This document shows positions 61,066-64,000 of a stretch of DNA of 64,000 nt, piece by piece. Origin of the DNA: Thermoanaerobaculia bacterium (GTDB taxonomy: Bacteria > Acidobacteriota > Thermoanaerobaculia > UBA5066 > Gp7-AA6); NCBI GenBank assembly GCA_035506175.1, contig DATJPZ010000023.1, forward strand, positions 31,687 to 95,686, in the 5' to 3' direction. The number at the start of each line of letters is the position of its first letter. Position 1 is the first letter of the stretch. The notes under the pieces are model-generated. The model did no database searches. It was not told the origin of the DNA and saw nothing but the letters and a program-made list of their open reading frames with translations. Position numbers and translations under genes: made by a program.

Positions 61066-61944
61066 ATGAAATTCCCCGGTTCGAAGACCCGCCAGACTCT
61101 CGGCCTCGCCGCCGCTTGGCTTTTCGCGGCGGCGGCCGCCTTCGCCCAGACCTACACGACGCTCGACTATCCGGGCGGCTTCAACACGAACGCGTACTCG
61201 ATCAACGACATCGGCGACATCGTCGGACACTGGGACGACGCCGACGGCAACACGCACGGGTTTCTTCTGCGCCACGGCGAGTATTCGCCGATCGACGTCC
61301 CCGGCGCGCTCTTCACGGCGCCCCGCAGCATCAACAACCTCGGCGTCGTCGCGGGCCGCTACCTGGACGCCGGCGGCGTGCCCCGCGGCTTCGTCCTGAA
61401 GAACGGCGCCTTCACGACGATCGATTTTCCGGGAGCCGTCGACACGCGCGTCCGCTCGATCGACGACCTCGGGCGCCTGACGGGCAACTACCGGAAGGCC
61501 GACGGCGTGGAGCACGGCTTCCTGCGCGACGCGCGCGGCTTTCACACGATCGACTTCCCGGGATCTCTCACGACCGACGCGTGGCAGATCAACGACCTCG
61601 GCGTCATCGTCGGCGACTTCTCGGGAGCCGACGGCCTCGTCCACGGCTTCGTTCTGAAGAACGGCCGATTCAACCAGATCGATCAGCCCGGACCGACCGA
61701 GACGTCGACACGAGGGATCAACCTTCTCGGCACGATCGTCGGCATGTACGAGACGGAAGACGGCAGCGGGTTCGGGCTGATCGTGACGCCTCGGGGCATG
61801 CAGTCTTTCCAGGTGCCGGACGCGGCGGGGTTCAGCGAGGCCTACTCGATCAACCTGCTCGGCGTGATCGTCGGCGACTACGCCGACGCCGACGGGATGT
61901 TCCACGGCTTCGTGCGCACCCCCGGCCACGATCACGATCGCTGA
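61066..61944 (+). CDS. Secreted six-repeat HAF-like (HGF-motif) protein, paralogue 3
   Basis: AAAGGAG precedes ATG 61066. The signal peptide is ...LGLAAAWLFAAAAAFAQ. Repeats follow the pattern DYPGGFNTNAYSINDIGDIVGHWDDADGNTHGFLL... Confidence 0.75.
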   Translation: MKFPGSKTRQTLGLAAAWLFAAAAAFAQTYTTLDYPGGFNTNAYSINDIGDIVGHWDDADGNTHGFLLRHGEYSPIDVPGALFTAPRSINNLGVVAGRYLDAGGVPRGFVLKNGAFTTIDFPGAVDTRVRSIDDLGRLTGNYRKADGVEHGFLRDARGFHTIDFPGSLTTDAWQINDLGVIVGDFSGADGLVHGFVLKNGRFNQIDQPGPTETSTRGINLLGTIVGMYETEDGSGFGLIVTPRGMQSFQVPDAAGFSEAYSINLLGVIVGDYADADGMFHGFVRTPGHDHDR

Positions 61945-62111
61945 GGAGGGATTCGTCGGCCAGCAAATGACCATCGAAAACCTGGGGATTCGGGAGGACG
62001 GCGCGGCGGCGGATCGGCGATTCTCGGGACGATGAGTCTTCGAGGTCGACGCTCTCGCCGCCGCGCCGGCCACGGCGGCGCCTTCGCCGCCGCCCCTTCG
62101 GAACGGGATGC

Positions 62112-62125
62112 GCGCCCCGTGAACG
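62112..62125 (+). repeat. Copy 1 of the exact 14-nt direct repeat GCGCCCCGTGAACG
   Basis: An identical 14-mer recurs at 62249-62262, where it contains the GTG start of the BNR gene. Confidence 0.5.
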
Positions 62126-62248
62126 GTTTCGCGGCGACTTTCCGCCTTTTCGTCATGAGGAGTGCCGAATTGTCGCAATCCCCGGGATGGGACCACGGTC
62201 GAGCGGCGAGAACCGGGTGGCCCGACACGGCCGTTTGTCGGACAATAA

Positions 62249-62262
62249 GCGCCCCGTGAACG
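62249..62262 (+). repeat. Copy 2 of the exact 14-nt direct repeat GCGCCCCGTGAACG
   Basis: See copy 1. This copy spans the candidate start GTG 62256. Confidence 0.5.
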
Positions 62263-63413
62263 CGCGCACTCGCCGGCCTTCGCTCGTCGGCCTCGCTCTC
62301 CTCGCGTCGGCGTTCGCCGCCGCGCCGCAAGACGCGGGTCCCGGCTTCGTCCTCCAGGGTGAGGGCGGCCTCGTCACGGCGTTCGCCCTCGACCCGACCA
62401 CGCCTTCGACGATCTACGCGTCGACGGCGCGAGGCCTCTACAAGACGACCGACGCCGGCGCCTCCTGGCGGCGGCTCGGCGCCGGCCTGCAGCAGCACGC
62501 CCTTCTGGCGATCGCGGTCGATCCGTCCACGCCCTCGAACCTCTACGCGACGACCGACAAGGGCGGCGTCTACCGGAGCCGCGACGGCGGCGAACGGTGG
62601 CAGGAGGCCAACACGGGAATCGGCGCGCGGTATGTCGGCTCCATCGCCGTCGACCCGCATCGAGCCGGCGGCGTCTACGCCGGGGCGGAGGGCGGCCGCG
62701 TGTTTCGCAGCGACGACGGCGGCGGAAGCTGGCGGGAGCTCACGCCGCCGACAACGCACGTGGCCGTCACGGTGATCGTCGTCGACCCCCTGACCCCCGA
62801 CCGCCTCTACGCGGGGACCAACAGCGAGGGCGTGTTCTTCAGCGCCGATGGCGGCACGACGTGGGCGCGCCCGACCGGACGCCTGAGCCGCGGGACCGTG
62901 TGGAACCTGACGTTCGACCCATCCAACGGCGAGATGTTCGCCGGAACCCACGACGGTCTCTTCCGCAGCTCGGATCACGGCGTCACGTGGTCGCCCGCCA
63001 ACGGCGGGCTGCGCAGCTGGAACGTTCTCTCGATCGCGATGGATCCGTCGTCGCCGCAGACGATGTACGCGGGCACCGCGGCGGCGATCTACAAGTCGAC
63101 CGACCGCGGACGATCCTGGACGGAGCTCAAGAACGATCTCTACGTCACCGCGCTCGCGATCGACCCGCGGTCGACCTCGACGCTTTACGCGGCCACGCAC
63201 CTCGGGGTCATCAAGAGCGAGAACGCCGGCGCTGCCTGGAAGCCCCTCCGCATGGCCCCTTCGCTCGACGCCGCTGCCGCCGGATCGGGCGGGCACGAGT
63301 CGACCGCGACGTCGCACCTGCCCCGGATTCCGCAGAAGGCCGCGCCGCAGACCGCTCCTTCCCTGCGCACGCTGCCCGTCCAGACGCCACCGGCGGCAGC
63401 GCCCGCGCCCTGA
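62256..63413 (+). CDS. Secreted BNR/Asp-box (Ycf48-like) beta-propeller protein with a Pro/Ala-rich tail
   Basis: GTG 62256 gives VNARTRRPSLVGLALLASAFAAAPQ. Asp-boxes are TTDAGASWR, SRDGGERWQ, SDDGGGSWR, SADGGTTWA, SSDHGVTWS, STDRGRSWT and SENAGAAWK. Confidence 0.75.
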   Translation: MNARTRRPSLVGLALLASAFAAAPQDAGPGFVLQGEGGLVTAFALDPTTPSTIYASTARGLYKTTDAGASWRRLGAGLQQHALLAIAVDPSTPSNLYATTDKGGVYRSRDGGERWQEANTGIGARYVGSIAVDPHRAGGVYAGAEGGRVFRSDDGGGSWRELTPPTTHVAVTVIVVDPLTPDRLYAGTNSEGVFFSADGGTTWARPTGRLSRGTVWNLTFDPSNGEMFAGTHDGLFRSSDHGVTWSPANGGLRSWNVLSIAMDPSSPQTMYAGTAAAIYKSTDRGRSWTELKNDLYVTALAIDPRSTSTLYAATHLGVIKSENAGAAWKPLRMAPSLDAAAAGSGGHESTATSHLPRIPQKAAPQTAPSLRTLPVQTPPAAAPAP

Positions 63414-63513
63414 CCGCCGAACGATTTCCTCGGGCGGCGCCGACCGGGCAATTCACCGCCCCCCGGCGCCGTCGGCGACCTCGTGGGGGAGCACGACGGA
63501 AAGGCGTTCTCGC

Positions 63514-64000
63514 TCAGTCGACGAGAAACAGCGTCAGGGCGAACCGCGCCTCCGGCTCGATCCACTGCTCGTGGCAGCGGAAGCCGCCGCGCTCGACGAC
63601 GTCCACGATCTCGTCGGCGTGGTACTTGTACGAGCTCTCGGTCCAGATGGCCTCCCCCGCCGCGAACGGCACCTCGCAGTCGGCGCGCGGGATTCGGACG
63701 GTCTGCTCGCGCCGCGAAACCAGATGCATCTCGACGCGCCGGTGGCGGACATTCCAGACCGCCCGATGGTCGAACGCGCCGAGGTCGAAGTCAGCCAGCA
63801 GGTCGTTGTTGATCCGGGCGAGAAGGTTCTTGTTGAAGGCAGCCGTCACGCCGAGCGGGTCGTCGTAGGCGAGCAGGAGCTCGCTCTCCGACTTCACCAG
63901 GTCGGCGCCGAGAAGGAGCCCGTCGCCCGGACGCAGGGAGGCGCGGATCCGATCGAGGAACTCGCGCGCCGCGGGCGGATCGAAGTTGCCGATGTTCGAG
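63514..64000 (-). CDS. egtD: C-terminal part of an EgtD-like SAM-dependent histidine N-alpha-methyltransferase (Methyltransf_33); the 5-prime end lies beyond the window
   Basis: ...RPGDGLLLGADLVKSESELLLAYDDPLGVTAAFNKNLLARINNDLLADFDLGAFDHRAVWNVRHRRVEMHLVS...FAAGEAIWTESSYKY matches the EgtD family pattern. The frame stays open to base 64000. Confidence 0.6.
   Translation of the reverse strand, partial: SNIGNFDPPAAREFLDRIRASLRPGDGLLLGADLVKSESELLLAYDDPLGVTAAFNKNLLARINNDLLADFDLGAFDHRAVWNVRHRRVEMHLVSRREQTVRIPRADCEVPFAAGEAIWTESSYKYHADEIVDVVERGGFRCHEQWIEPEARFALTLFLVD

Noticed and set aside
62032-62259. 75-aa ORF in the intergenic region before the BNR gene
   Set aside because: It has no SD and an Arg/Ala-rich composition, with no motif. 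It was kept only as context for the 14-nt repeat.

Overview
The window is high-GC DNA with a strong GC3 bias. It carries about 52 tightly packed protein-coding genes on both strands. I found no rRNA, tRNA, CRISPR array, transposase or integrase. Most long ORFs in the six-frame track are Arg/Gly/Ala/Pro-rich off-frame or antisense shadows of the real genes and were discarded. Several features suggest an Acidobacteriota-like chromosome, which is an inference only. These are four Hanks-type Ser/Thr kinases (three with TolB/PD40 propellers), a CarboxypepD_reg/TonB-dependent-receptor-like outer-membrane protein (OMP), two TIGR03436-like VWA proteins and many secreted peptidases. Housekeeping content includes mmsA with a class-III aminotransferase, aroH-tyrA, speA, an APC permease, an AmpG-like MFS transporter, OsmC, pirin and a partial egtD-like gene. 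The most interesting region is 45.4-63.4 kb. It holds two paralogous, translationally coupled pairs of a winged-helix+FHA regulator and a transmembrane Ser/Thr kinase with a periplasmic propeller. One pair is further coupled by a 4-nt overlap to a TonB-dependent-receptor-like OMP. The other pair heads a string with an M28 peptidase and a copper-amine-oxidase-like enzyme split into two coupled genes. Three paralogous secreted HAF-like six-repeat proteins and a BNR-repeat protein sit among these cassettes. Other notable points:
- A GluR0-type ligand-gated K+ channel overlaps the stop of speA.
- Two genes (mmsA and an M28 peptidase) have conserved N-termini reachable only from CTG codons behind strong Shine-Dalgarno sites.
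- A REC-GGDEF protein lacks the phospho-acceptor Asp and the conserved Lys.
- A decayed P-II (glnB-like) relic is present.
- One protein fuses a peptidase-MA domain, PD40 repeats and a possible beta-barrel.
- Gene packing is extreme, with ten ATGA/GTGA overlaps and seven convergent stop pairs 16 nt apart or less.

All domain calls rest on motifs read by eye and need HMM or structure confirmation.
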